From assembly GCF_001598795.1 (NCBI RefSeq), contig NZ_BCZP01000010.1, positions 60,001 through 92,000 of the forward strand: 32,000 nt of DNA. Reading direction: 5' to 3'. Source of the DNA: Delftia acidovorans NBRC 14950 (lineage in GTDB: Bacteria > Pseudomonadota > Gammaproteobacteria > Burkholderiales > Burkholderiaceae_C). The first letter of the stretch is position 1; every line of letters begins with the position of its first letter. The notes beneath the pieces are model-generated. The model searched no databases and was not told the origin of the DNA. It saw only the letters and a program-made list of their open reading frames with translations. Below, one piece after another: positions 1-7,958 of the stretch. A program made the translations under genes and the position numbers.

Positions 1-710
1 GCGGCATGCACTTCCCAGTAGTCGCGGCTCACGAACTTGCGGATCTTTTCCTCGCGCTCCACCACCAGGGACAGCGTGGGCGTCTGCACTCGGCCCACGG
101 TGGTCAGGAAGAAGCCGCCATCGCGCGAATTGAAGGCCGTCATGGCGCGCGTGCCGTTGATGCCCACCAGCCAGTCGGCCTCGGAGCGGCTGCGCGCGGC
201 GCTGGCCAGGCCCAGCATCTGCGCGTCGCTGCGCAGGTTCTGGAAGCCGTCGCGGATGGCCTGCGGCGTCATGGACTGCAGCCACAGGCGCTTGACCGGC
301 TTGCCCAGGCCCTTGCCGTCGGGCTTGGCGCCTGCGGCGTACTGCTCGATCAAGCGGAAGATCAGCTCACCCTCGCGGCCCGCGTCGCAGGCGTTGATGA
401 GTTCGGTGACATCCTTGCGCTTGGCCAGCTTGACCACGGCATTGAGCCGGCTCTTGGTCTTGTCCACGGGCTTGAGGTCGAAATACGGCGGAATCACCGG
501 CAGGTTGGCAAAACTCCATTTGCCGCGCTTGACGTCGAATTCCTCGGGTGCCTGGATTTCCACCAGGTGGCCCACGGCGCTGGTCACGACGTAGTGCTCG
601 CTCTCGAAGTATTCATCGTGCTTGTCGAATTTGCCCGCCACCGGAGTCAACGCGCGGACGATGTCCTGCGCGACCGAAGGCTTCTCAGCAATCACCAGGG
701 TCTTTGTCAT
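1..710 (-). CDS. topB: Type IA DNA topoisomerase, TopB (topoisomerase III)-like. Only the 5' part is present; the gene runs off the left edge.
   Basis: The reverse-strand frame is open to the window edge, so it is absent from the ORF track. My translation from the ATG at 710-708 reads MTKTLVIAEKPSVAQDIVRAL...LINACDAGREGELIFRLIEQY...TTVGRVQTPTLSLVVEREEKIRKF. It carries the Toprim IAEKPS and DxGREGE motifs of type IA topoisomerases. Confidence 0.8.
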   Translation of the reverse strand, partial: MTKTLVIAEKPSVAQDIVRALTPVAGKFDKHDEYFESEHYVVTSAVGHLVEIQAPEEFDVKRGKWSFANLPVIPPYFDLKPVDKTKSRLNAVVKLAKRKDVTELINACDAGREGELIFRLIEQYAAGAKPDGKGLGKPVKRLWLQSMTPQAIRDGFQNLRSDAQMLGLASAARSRSEADWLVGINGTRAMTAFNSRDGGFFLTTVGRVQTPTLSLVVEREEKIRKFVSRDYWEVHA

Positions 711-775
711 TGTGTGTACTCGTCATTCCCCGCAGGACCTGCATGTCGCAGCCTGCGCTTCTACAATCCATGGCT

Positions 776-814
776 CACGCGTGTACGTACGTGTACGCGC
801 ACGCGCATGTGTGC
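776..814. repeat. 39-nt perfectly alternating pyrimidine/purine tract (CACGCGTGTACGTACGTGTACGCGCACGCGCATGTGTGC)
   Basis: Checked base by base: Y/R alternation is unbroken from C776 to C814. The tract lies in the 127-bp divergent spacer between the topB start (710) and the SET gene start (838). Confidence 0.95.
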
Positions 815-837
815 CTATTCAAGTTATCAGAGAAAAC

Positions 838-1500
838 ATGCCCCGCACAGCTTTGGCCCCTTCCGGCGGCCGCCGTATCCAGACCCGCCGCTCGGGTGTC
901 CATGGCAAGGGCGTCTTCGCCGCGCAGGATCTTGCCGAAGGAGAGGTCCTTGTCGAGTACGTAGGGGAAATCGTCAGCTGGCAGGAAGCCCAGGACCGGC
1001 ATCCGCACGACCCCAGCCAGCCCAACCATACCTTCTACTTCCACGTGGACGAAGACCGCGTGATCGACGCCAACTATGGCGGCAACTCCTCGCGCTGGAT
1101 CAACCACAGCTGCGCTCCCAATTGCTACACCGACGAGCGCGATGGCCGGATTTTCATCGTCGCGCTGCGCAACATCGCCGCCGGCGAGGAGCTGAGCTAC
1201 GACTACGGCCTGATCATCGACGAACCCTACACCAGGAAGCTGAAGGCCGAGTATCCATGCTGGTGCGGCGCAGCCACCTGCCGCGGCACGCTGCTGGCGC
1301 CCAAGCGCGGCTGGCGCCCGCCCATGCCCGGCGATGCATTGCCGGCCAGCGCAAAGCCGGCATCGGAACAATCTGAAAAGACAAAGCGGGCCAAAAAGCA
1401 GCAGGTCAAAGCGGAAAAGCCTTTGGAAAAGCCCTTGGAAAAGGCCCCCCAAAAGCCAAGGAAAAAATCCCGCAAATCCTCCACAAAGGCCGGCGCATGA
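838..1500 (+). CDS. SET-domain protein-lysine methyltransferase-like protein with a post-SET Cys motif and a Lys/Pro-rich C-terminal tail
   Basis: Frame of track ORF 622..1500. I chose the ATG at 838 (MPRTALAPSGG...) because the upstream part is spacer-like. Motifs seen: GKGVFA, NHSCAPNC, ELSYDY, post-SET CWCGAATC. The tail is KTKRAKKQQVKAEKPLEKPLEKAPQKPRKKSRKSSTKAGA. The stop overlaps the birA ATG (ATGA at 1497-1500). Confidence 0.8.
   Translation: MPRTALAPSGGRRIQTRRSGVHGKGVFAAQDLAEGEVLVEYVGEIVSWQEAQDRHPHDPSQPNHTFYFHVDEDRVIDANYGGNSSRWINHSCAPNCYTDERDGRIFIVALRNIAAGEELSYDYGLIIDEPYTRKLKAEYPCWCGAATCRGTLLAPKRGWRPPMPGDALPASAKPASEQSEKTKRAKKQQVKAEKPLEKPLEKAPQKPRKKSRKSSTKAGA
1414..1449 (+). repeat. 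Three in-frame tandem 12-nt units (GAAAAGCCTTTG / GAAAAGCCCTTG / GAAAAGGCCCCC) encoding EKPL-EKPL-EKAP in the SET protein tail
   Basis: Read directly from the sequence at 1414-1449. Confidence 0.8.
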
Positions 1501-2327
1501 TGGCATCGTCCCCCATTCACTGGCCTGCGGAATCGCTGTGGCAGGCCATCGAGCCGCAGTTGCCGGGCTTTTCCGTGGAAATCGTGCCCAGCATCGGCTC
1601 GACCAATACCGAGCTGATGGCGCGCGCCCGCGATGGCCGCAACGAACCCGTGCTGCTGGTGACCGAAGTGCAGACCGCCGGCCGGGGCCGGCTGGGCCGC
1701 CAGTGGACCAGCGGCGTGGGCGATTCGCTGACCTTCTCGCTGGGCATGCCGCTGGCGCCTGCCGACTGGTCCGGCCTGTCGCTGGCCGTGGGCCTGAGCG
1801 TGGCGCAAAGCCTGCAGCCGCAATTGCCCGCCCCGGGCTCGCAGCGCCCGCGCATCGGCCTCAAATGGCCCAACGACCTGTGGATCGACGGCGACCGCAA
1901 GCTCGGCGGCATCCTGATCGAGACGGCCAGCTTTGTCGGCAGCGCCGCGCATGAGCCCGGCACGCCGCGCTACGTGGTCGTGGGCATCGGCCTGAACGTG
2001 CGCCCGCGCCCCGGCGACGGCATGCGCACGCCCCCGGCCAGCCTGCTGGAGCTGGACGAACGCCTGGACGCACCCACCGCCCTGGCCTGCGTGCTGCCGG
2101 GCCTGGTCTCCGACATACAGACCTTTGCCGCCCAGGGCTTTGCGCCGCTGGTGGAGCGCTTTGCCCAGCGCGACCTGCTGCGTGGCCGCGCCGTCAATCT
2201 CAGCGATGGCGAAAGCGGCACGGCCGAGGGCGTGGGCCCCGATGGCGCGCTGCTGGTGCGCACGGCGCGCGGCCTGCAGGCCGTCACCAGCTCGGAAATC
2301 AGCGTGCGCCCGGCTGCTGTAGGCTAG
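1497..2327 (+). CDS. birA: Biotin--[acetyl-CoA-carboxylase] ligase, with no N-terminal HTH domain
   Basis: 276-aa ORF with the biotin-protein-ligase signature GRGRLGRQW, plus KWPNDL and GILIE. At this length it is too short to carry a repressor domain. Confidence 0.85.
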   Translation: MMASSPIHWPAESLWQAIEPQLPGFSVEIVPSIGSTNTELMARARDGRNEPVLLVTEVQTAGRGRLGRQWTSGVGDSLTFSLGMPLAPADWSGLSLAVGLSVAQSLQPQLPAPGSQRPRIGLKWPNDLWIDGDRKLGGILIETASFVGSAAHEPGTPRYVVVGIGLNVRPRPGDGMRTPPASLLELDERLDAPTALACVLPGLVSDIQTFAAQGFAPLVERFAQRDLLRGRAVNLSDGESGTAEGVGPDGALLVRTARGLQAVTSSEISVRPAAVG

Positions 2328-2362
2328 GGCGGGTGACTCATCACTAGGGCCCAAGAAACGAC

Positions 2363-3118
2363 ATGCTGCGAATCGCCTTCCTGCTGCTGGTGCTGGCCAA
2401 TGCCGGCTACTACCTCTGGAACCACGGCCAGCTCCAGGCCCTGGGCCTGGCACCGCCATCCCAGACCGAGCCCGAGCGCCTGGGCCAGCAGGTGCGCCCG
2501 GAGGCGCTGAGCCTGCTGAGTGTGGACAACGCGCCGGCTCCCTCCTCGGCCACCCCGGGCACGGCTCCTGCATCCCCTGCGGCACCCGCCACACCCGCAG
2601 CACCCGCGGCTCCTGCCAGTGGCGAGGAACCCGCCGCACCGGCTCGCCCCGAGAAAGCCGCGGGCCAGCCCACCAGTTGCCTGGTGGCCACGGGCATCGA
2701 AGACCGCCATGCCGAGGCGCTGCGCCGCGGCCTCATCGCCCAGGTCGCCAGCGACCAATGGGACCTGAGCAGCACGCACCAGCCGGGCCGCTGGATGGTC
2801 TACATGGGCAAATTCCCCGATGCCGAGTTCCTGGAGCGCAAGCGGGCGGAACTGCGTGCACGCAAGATCGACTTTGACCGCGCGGGCGGCGCACTGGAGC
2901 CCGGCCTGTCGCTGGGTCGCTTCTCCTCCGAGGAAGCGGCCACGCGCGAGCTGACCAACGTTGCGCGCCAGGGCGTGCGCACGGCCCGCGTGGTGCAGGA
3001 GCGCCCCGACATCACCCTCTACACGCTGCGCCTGCCCCAGGCCACGCCCGCGCTGCGCAGCCAGGTCGAGTCCATGGGCGGCAAGGCCTTCGAGGGCAAG
3101 CCGTTCAGGCCCTGCTGA
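2363..3118 (+). CDS. Membrane-anchored Pro/Ala-rich protein, probably SPOR-domain (peptidoglycan-binding) family
   Basis: N-terminal TM segment (IAFLLLVLANAGYYLW) and a PA-rich linker (APASPAAPATPAAPAAPA). The C-terminal ~150 aa shows two alpha/beta repeat-like units. A position after birA is common for SPOR proteins in Burkholderiales. The family call comes from architecture only. Confidence 0.5.
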   Translation: MLRIAFLLLVLANAGYYLWNHGQLQALGLAPPSQTEPERLGQQVRPEALSLLSVDNAPAPSSATPGTAPASPAAPATPAAPAAPASGEEPAAPARPEKAAGQPTSCLVATGIEDRHAEALRRGLIAQVASDQWDLSSTHQPGRWMVYMGKFPDAEFLERKRAELRARKIDFDRAGGALEPGLSLGRFSSEEAATRELTNVARQGVRTARVVQERPDITLYTLRLPQATPALRSQVESMGGKAFEGKPFRPC

Positions 3119-3137
3119 ACCCCGCCAGGGCACGATG

Positions 3138-3174
3138 AAAAAAGGCCCGCGATCACAGGATCGCGGGCCTTTTG
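3138..3174. terminator. Bidirectional intrinsic terminator between convergent genes
   Basis: Perfect stem GGCCCGCGATC (3144-3154), loop ACAG, GATCGCGGGCC (3159-3169). An A-run flanks the 5' side and a T-run the 3' side. Confidence 0.75.
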
Positions 3175-3193
3175 CATTTCACTCGCAGGGGCT

Positions 3194-4126
3194 TCAGAGC
3201 GTACGCGGATCGGTGGCCATCAGCTGCTCCACCAGCACCTTCAGGTCGGTGGTCAGGCGCAGGTAGCCGGCCTGGTCGAGATCCAGGGTCTGCTCGTTCA
3301 TGTAGAGCTTGCGGTTGATCTCGATCTGGATGCTGTGGCGGTGCTCGGCGGGCTTGCCGTAGCGGCGCACCAGCTCCACGCCCTTGTAGGGATGGTTGTA
3401 GTCCACGCTGTAGCCGCGCTCGCGCAGGAAGGCGCAGATGCGCTCGGACAGCGCCGGGCTGGCCGTGCTGCCGTCGCGGTCGCCGATGACGAAGTCGGCA
3501 TGGACCAGGCCCGGGTGCAGCGTGGCATGGCTGGCGGCGACGGAAGGCATGGAGTGGCAGTTGATATGGATGCTGTAGCCATGGCGCGCATGGGCGCCGT
3601 CGATGGCGCGCTCCACGGCGGCGTGGTAGGGCTTCCAGCAGCGCTCGATGCGCTGCAGCAGTTCAGCGGCGGGCAGCTGGCGGTCATAGATGGGCACGCC
3701 TTCATCGGTGAACTTCCAGATCAGGCCCTTGCCCAGGCGCACCTTCTGCAGCACGACCTGGTCGGTGGTGACGGGCAGCGGCCACTGGCCCTCGATCATG
3801 GTGGTGTCGATCTCGGTGGTGTCGCGGTTGGCATCCAGGTAGATGCGCGGGAAATGCGCCTCCACCCAGCTCACGCCCAGACCCGGTGCAAAGGCGTAGA
3901 TCTTCTCCACATGCGTGTCCTCGGCCTGGCGCAGCGTGGCCAGCGGCAGGCAGGAGCCAAAGTCCGCCGGGTAGACCGTGCCGCTGTGCGGCGAGTCCAG
4001 CACCACGGCACTGGCGCCGGCAACGCTGGTGACCATGGGCGGCGCGGCATCGGCCGCGCCGGAGCCTGCCGCGCCGGGCAGGGATTGCAGGAAGTTCTGA
4101 CTGATCAGTCGCAGGACGGGATGCAT
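3194..4126 (-). CDS. N-formylglutamate amidohydrolase (FGase) family protein
   Basis: 310-aa ORF. LDSPHSGTVYP, FPRIYLDANRD and HINCHSMP resemble the conserved FGase-family (HutG-like) metal-site blocks. Confidence 0.6.
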   Translation of the reverse strand: MHPVLRLISQNFLQSLPGAAGSGAADAAPPMVTSVAGASAVVLDSPHSGTVYPADFGSCLPLATLRQAEDTHVEKIYAFAPGLGVSWVEAHFPRIYLDANRDTTEIDTTMIEGQWPLPVTTDQVVLQKVRLGKGLIWKFTDEGVPIYDRQLPAAELLQRIERCWKPYHAAVERAIDGAHARHGYSIHINCHSMPSVAASHATLHPGLVHADFVIGDRDGSTASPALSERICAFLRERGYSVDYNHPYKGVELVRRYGKPAEHRHSIQIEINRKLYMNEQTLDLDQAGYLRLTTDLKVLVEQLMATDPRTL

Positions 4127-4248
4127 GAGATGTGTCTACTCGGTTGTGCAGACGCCACTCGCCGGGCGCACTCCATGAACAGGGCGCAGCCTCATATCAG
4201 GCACGCCCAGCAAGGGCCGTCCCGCAGCGAGGGCGTGGTCCCCCTCCC

Positions 4249-4307
4249 GCGAAGCGGGAGAGGGGGAAGGCGCGAAGCGGGAGAGGGGGAAGGCGCGAAG
4301 CGCCTCC
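4249..4307. repeat. 23-bp tandem direct repeat, 2 full copies plus 8 nt of a third (GCGAAGCGGGAGAGGGGGAAGGC). The first copy forms an imperfect hairpin with CCCCCTCCCGC at 4240-4250.
   Basis: Units at 4249-4271 and 4272-4294, with a third starting at 4295 (GCGAAGCG, then diverging). Located immediately 3' of the Bug gene stop (4317). Confidence 0.85.
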
Positions 4308-4316
4308 GTGGGAGCC

Positions 4317-5285
4317 TTAATCCAGCTGGATCTGGGCCGTGGCGGCAATCTTCTTCATCTTGGCGACTTCGCTGGCGATCTGCTTGGTGAAAGCGTCGCT
4401 GCTGGTACCGGAGATGTACAGGCCCTGGGCCGCCATGCGCTTTTGCACGGCCGGGTCCTTGAGCGCGGCCGCGATGGCCTTTTGCACGCGGGCGATCTGC
4501 TCGGGCGGCGTGCTCTTGGGGGCCACCAGGCCGAACCACGAAGGATCGTTCAGGTCGGCATGGCCGGCTTCGGCGTAGGTCTGCACGTCGGGCAGCACGT
4601 CCAGGCGCTCATGCCAAGACACGGCCAGGGCCTTGACCTTGCCGCCCTTGATGTGGGGCAGCGAGGAAGCCACCTGGTCGAAGTACACGGGAACCTGGCC
4701 GCCGAGCACGTCGTTGATGGCCGGGCCTGCACCGCGGTACGGAATGTGCTGCATCTCGGTGCCCGTGCTCTTCATGAACTGGGCGCCCCACATGTGGCCG
4801 ATGGTGCCGTTGCCGGGTGTTGCGAAGCTGACCTTGCCGGGGTTGGCCTTCAGGTACTTCACGAACTCGGCGAAGTTGTTGGCGGGCACCAGCTTGGGGT
4901 TGATCACGATCACGCCAGGCGCCTTGACGATCTCGGTCACGCCGACGAAGTCGTTGATGGCGTCGTAGGGCAGCTTCTTGAATACGGCGGGGTTCACGCC
5001 GTGTGTGGACAGCGTGGCAATGCCGAAGGTCACGCCGTCGGTGGCACGCGCCACTTCGGCCATGCCGATGGAGCCGCCAGCGCCGGCCTTGTTTTCGATC
5101 ACCACGGCCTGGCCGCCCAGCAGCTTGGGCAGCACGTCCTGCATGTTGCGCGGGACCATGTCGGTGGAGCCACCAGCAGGGAACGGAACGACGATGCGCA
5201 GGGGACGGGATGTGTCCTGGGCGAAGGACATTCCAGGAACGACAGAAGAAGCGGCGATGGAAGCAAGGAAATGACGTCGTTGCAT
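4317..5285 (-). CDS. Bug-family (TctC-like) tripartite tricarboxylate transporter periplasmic substrate-binding protein
   Basis: 322 aa. Twin-arginine-like signal MQRRHFLASIAA...AQD and the Bug signature VVPFPAGGSTD. Length and overall pattern are typical of the family. Confidence 0.9.
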   Translation of the reverse strand: MQRRHFLASIAASSVVPGMSFAQDTSRPLRIVVPFPAGGSTDMVPRNMQDVLPKLLGGQAVVIENKAGAGGSIGMAEVARATDGVTFGIATLSTHGVNPAVFKKLPYDAINDFVGVTEIVKAPGVIVINPKLVPANNFAEFVKYLKANPGKVSFATPGNGTIGHMWGAQFMKSTGTEMQHIPYRGAGPAINDVLGGQVPVYFDQVASSLPHIKGGKVKALAVSWHERLDVLPDVQTYAEAGHADLNDPSWFGLVAPKSTPPEQIARVQKAIAAALKDPAVQKRMAAQGLYISGTSSDAFTKQIASEVAKMKKIAATAQIQLD

Positions 5286-5350
5286 AGGATCTTTCTTACA
5301 AACAAGTTCAGATTAAAAGAAATCTGCTCACAAAAAAAGCAAATACTGTG

Positions 5351-5375
5351 CCTGTTAATATTCCAAACAGGAATA
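5351..5375. promoter_or_regulatory. Overlapping dyads in the Bug/LysR divergent spacer; candidate LysR-type (T-N11-A) operator
   Basis: CCTGTT (5351-5356) pairs with AACAGG (5366-5371), and TATTCC (5359-5364) pairs with GGAATA (5370-5375). TTCC-N5-GGAA gives T-N11-A at 5361-5373. The surrounding 109-bp spacer is AT-rich. Confidence 0.4.
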
Positions 5376-5394
5376 CTTTCATCATATCCCTGTC

Positions 5395-6405
5395 ATGAGT
5401 TTGCGCCGCCTCAACCCGCCCACGCATCTGCTGCGCGCTTTCTCCACCGTGGTGCGCTTCGGGGGCGTCTCGCGCGCGGCCGAAGCCTTGCACCTGACGC
5501 AAAGCGCAGTCAGCAAGCAGATCCAGGAGCTGGAGAAATGGGTGGGCGTGCCGCTGTTCGAACGCGAGCGCAAGCGCTTGAGGCTGACGCCCGCGGGCGA
5601 GCGCTATGAGCGCGCAGTGCGCGCCCTGCTGGGCCAGCTGGAGGCAGCCACCCTCGAACTCATCACCAGCGATGACAGCCGAGGCGCGCTGCACCTGTCA
5701 TCGCTGCCGACTTTCGCGGCCAAGTGGCTGATCCCCAGGCTGCCCCAGTTTCAGCAGCGCTATCCACAGATCACGCTGCACTTTGTACCCTACGTACACA
5801 GCTACCAATTTGACAGTCCGGGGCTGGACTGCGCAATTTTGTTTGGCGACGGGCACTGGAATGGCGCGCATGCCCACTACCTGGTGGGCCGCCAGGTGGC
5901 GCTGATCGCACCGCCGCGCGGCGCGGGTCCCGAGGCACGCATCACCACGCCCCAGGACGTGGCGCGCTGCACCCGGCTGCGCCATGTGACCATTCCCGAT
6001 GCCTGGGCGCGCTGGAGCGAGGCCCATGGCGTCAACGGCATCAGCCCCCTTGCGGGCCCGCAGTTCGACCAGTTCCAGACCATCATCCGCGCCGTCATGG
6101 CCGGCATGGGCATCGCCCTGGTGCCGCGCTGCCTGGTGCAGGACGAGATCGCGGCCGGCCTGGTGAACGAGCCCCTGCCCCAGCACGGCTACCAGAGCGC
6201 CCTGGGCTACTGGCTGTGCTATCCGGCCGACCGCGCCAACCACGGCACCCTGGGCATCTTCCGCAACTGGCTGGTGGACCATGCCGCGCAGACGCCGGGA
6301 CGGATCGCGGTGGCGCCTGTGGCTCCCGGGGAATCTGCGGCAGCCGGGGAAGCCCCGCCACCTACGCCGCAGGCTTGGGCGACGGCGGCGAGCGCAGCGC
6401 CTTAA
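5395..6405 (+). CDS. LysR-family transcriptional regulator (GcvA-like), with an Ala/Pro-rich C-terminal extension
   Basis: N-terminal wHTH LRAFSTVVRFGGVSRAAEALHLTQSAVSKQIQELE. It is divergent from the Bug gene. Its 3' end overlaps the convergent kinase gene by 44 nt. Confidence 0.85.
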   Translation: MSLRRLNPPTHLLRAFSTVVRFGGVSRAAEALHLTQSAVSKQIQELEKWVGVPLFERERKRLRLTPAGERYERAVRALLGQLEAATLELITSDDSRGALHLSSLPTFAAKWLIPRLPQFQQRYPQITLHFVPYVHSYQFDSPGLDCAILFGDGHWNGAHAHYLVGRQVALIAPPRGAGPEARITTPQDVARCTRLRHVTIPDAWARWSEAHGVNGISPLAGPQFDQFQTIIRAVMAGMGIALVPRCLVQDEIAAGLVNEPLPQHGYQSALGYWLCYPADRANHGTLGIFRNWLVDHAAQTPGRIAVAPVAPGESAAAGEAPPPTPQAWATAASAAP

Positions 6406-7864
6406 AGCGCACGCTGAAACGCGCACCCGGCGGCTGCTGGCCAGGATGCGCATCTTCCAGCACCACCTGGGCGCCATGCTGGCGCGCGATCTCCAGCACG
6501 ATGGGCAGGCCCAGGCCCGAGCCATCGGCCTCCGAGCCCAGCACGCGGTAGAACGGCTGGAACACCAGCTCGCGCTCGGCCTCGGGCACGCCCGGTCCCG
6601 AATCCTCCACCTGCAGCAACAGGACCTGGCCGAAGGGGTCGGCCAGCACGCGCACCGTGACCATGCCGGGCCGGCTGCTGCTGGAAGGCGTGTAGTTGAT
6701 GGCGTTGTCCACGAGATTGCGCACCAGCTCCGTCAGCAGCGTGGCGTTGCCCTGCAGCCAGACGCCCGTGGCCGATGACTCGGCGCCGTCGTATCCCAGG
6801 TCCACATGCTTGTCCATGGCGCGCGGCAGGCAGTCGCGCACCACGTCGGTGACGATGCGCACCAGGTTGCAGGGCTGCATGGCCAAGCCGCGGCCCACGC
6901 CGGCGCTCTCGGCTCGCGCCAGCGCCAGCAACTGGTTCACCGTGTGCGTGGCGCGGATGCTGGAGCGCGCGATCTGTGCCAGGGACTGCCGCAACTCCTC
7001 CGTGCTCACGCCCTCGCGCTGGGCCAGTTCGGCCTGCATGCGCAGCCCGGCCAGCGGTGTCTTGAGCTGGTGGGCCGCGTCGGCCAGGAAGCGCTTTTGC
7101 GTGGCCAGCGAATCACCGAGCCGGCCCAGCAGGTCGTTGACCGAGTCCACCAGCGGCACGACTTCCAGCGGCACGTCCTTGTGGTTGATGGGCGAGAGGT
7201 CCTCGGGCCGGCGCGCGCGGATGCGCTCCTCCAGCCGGTGCAGCGGCTTGATGCCGCGCGCCAGCGCCAGCCACACCAGCAAGGCGGCCAGGGGCAGGAT
7301 GACGAACTGCGGCAGCATCACGCCCTTGATGATTTCCGTGGCCAGCACGCTGCGCTTTTCGCGCGTCTCGGCCACCTGGACCAGGGCCTGGGGCTCGTCG
7401 GGCAGGGGCATGCGCACCCAGACATGGGCCACGCGCAGGTCAATGCCGCGAAACTCCGCATCGCGCAGCTGCACGGCCCCGCCGGTCGGTGCACCGCCGG
7501 GCGATAGATCGCCGGATGGCGGATCGTCGGACTCAGGCGGCAGCGGCAGATCGCGCTCGCCGGCCAGGTACTCGCCCTTGACGCCCAGCACCTGGAAATA
7601 CACGGTGTCCGACTCGTCGGCGCGCAGGATCTCGCTGGCCGATTGCGGCAGGTTGAACAGCACCTTGCCCTGCTGCACCATCACCAGCTGCGCCAGCGCC
7701 TGGGCGTTGTACTCCAGCGCGCGATCGAACGGCTTGTTGGCCAGGCCCTGGGCCACCAGCCAGGTCAGCGCCAGGCTCACGGGCCACAGCAGCAGCAGCG
7801 GCGTGAGCATCCAGTCAAGGATCTCGCCGAACAGTGAGCGCTGTTCACGCTGGAAGATTTTCAT
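6362..7864 (-). CDS. Sensor histidine kinase, TctE/QseC-like
   Basis: 500 aa with two TM segments flanking a periplasmic domain. H-box AAHQLKTPLAGL, N-box LVDNAINYT, G1 EDSGPGV, G2 GSGLGL. Confidence 0.85.
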   Translation of the reverse strand: MKIFQREQRSLFGEILDWMLTPLLLLWPVSLALTWLVAQGLANKPFDRALEYNAQALAQLVMVQQGKVLFNLPQSASEILRADESDTVYFQVLGVKGEYLAGERDLPLPPESDDPPSGDLSPGGAPTGGAVQLRDAEFRGIDLRVAHVWVRMPLPDEPQALVQVAETREKRSVLATEIIKGVMLPQFVILPLAALLVWLALARGIKPLHRLEERIRARRPEDLSPINHKDVPLEVVPLVDSVNDLLGRLGDSLATQKRFLADAAHQLKTPLAGLRMQAELAQREGVSTEELRQSLAQIARSSIRATHTVNQLLALARAESAGVGRGLAMQPCNLVRIVTDVVRDCLPRAMDKHVDLGYDGAESSATGVWLQGNATLLTELVRNLVDNAINYTPSSSSRPGMVTVRVLADPFGQVLLLQVEDSGPGVPEAERELVFQPFYRVLGSEADGSGLGLPIVLEIARQHGAQVVLEDAHPGQQPPGARFSVRFKALRSPPSPKPAA

Positions 7865-7958
7865 CGGCGGGCAGCCCTCACGACGGGTTCACGGCCCCGT
7901 GGCATCCGCCACTATGCGCAGGCAAGCCAACCCGGGCCTGACAGCCAGGGCAGCGGCC

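Noticed and set aside
6-1376. 456-aa plus-strand ORF at the left edge, with nested ORFs at 37..594 and 548..964
   Set aside because: The product is Arg/Ala/Gly/His-rich and low-complexity. It lies antisense to a clearly recognisable topoisomerase reading frame and runs through the SET gene in another frame. This is a typical high-GC shadow ORF.
1227-2639. 470-aa minus-strand ORF
   Set aside because: It is antisense to birA and the SET gene, Arg/Ala/Gly/Pro-rich, and has no motifs.
4308-5609. 433-aa plus-strand ORF
   Set aside because: It is antisense to the well-supported Bug/TctC gene and runs across the AT-rich promoter spacer into the LysR gene. It is low-complexity.
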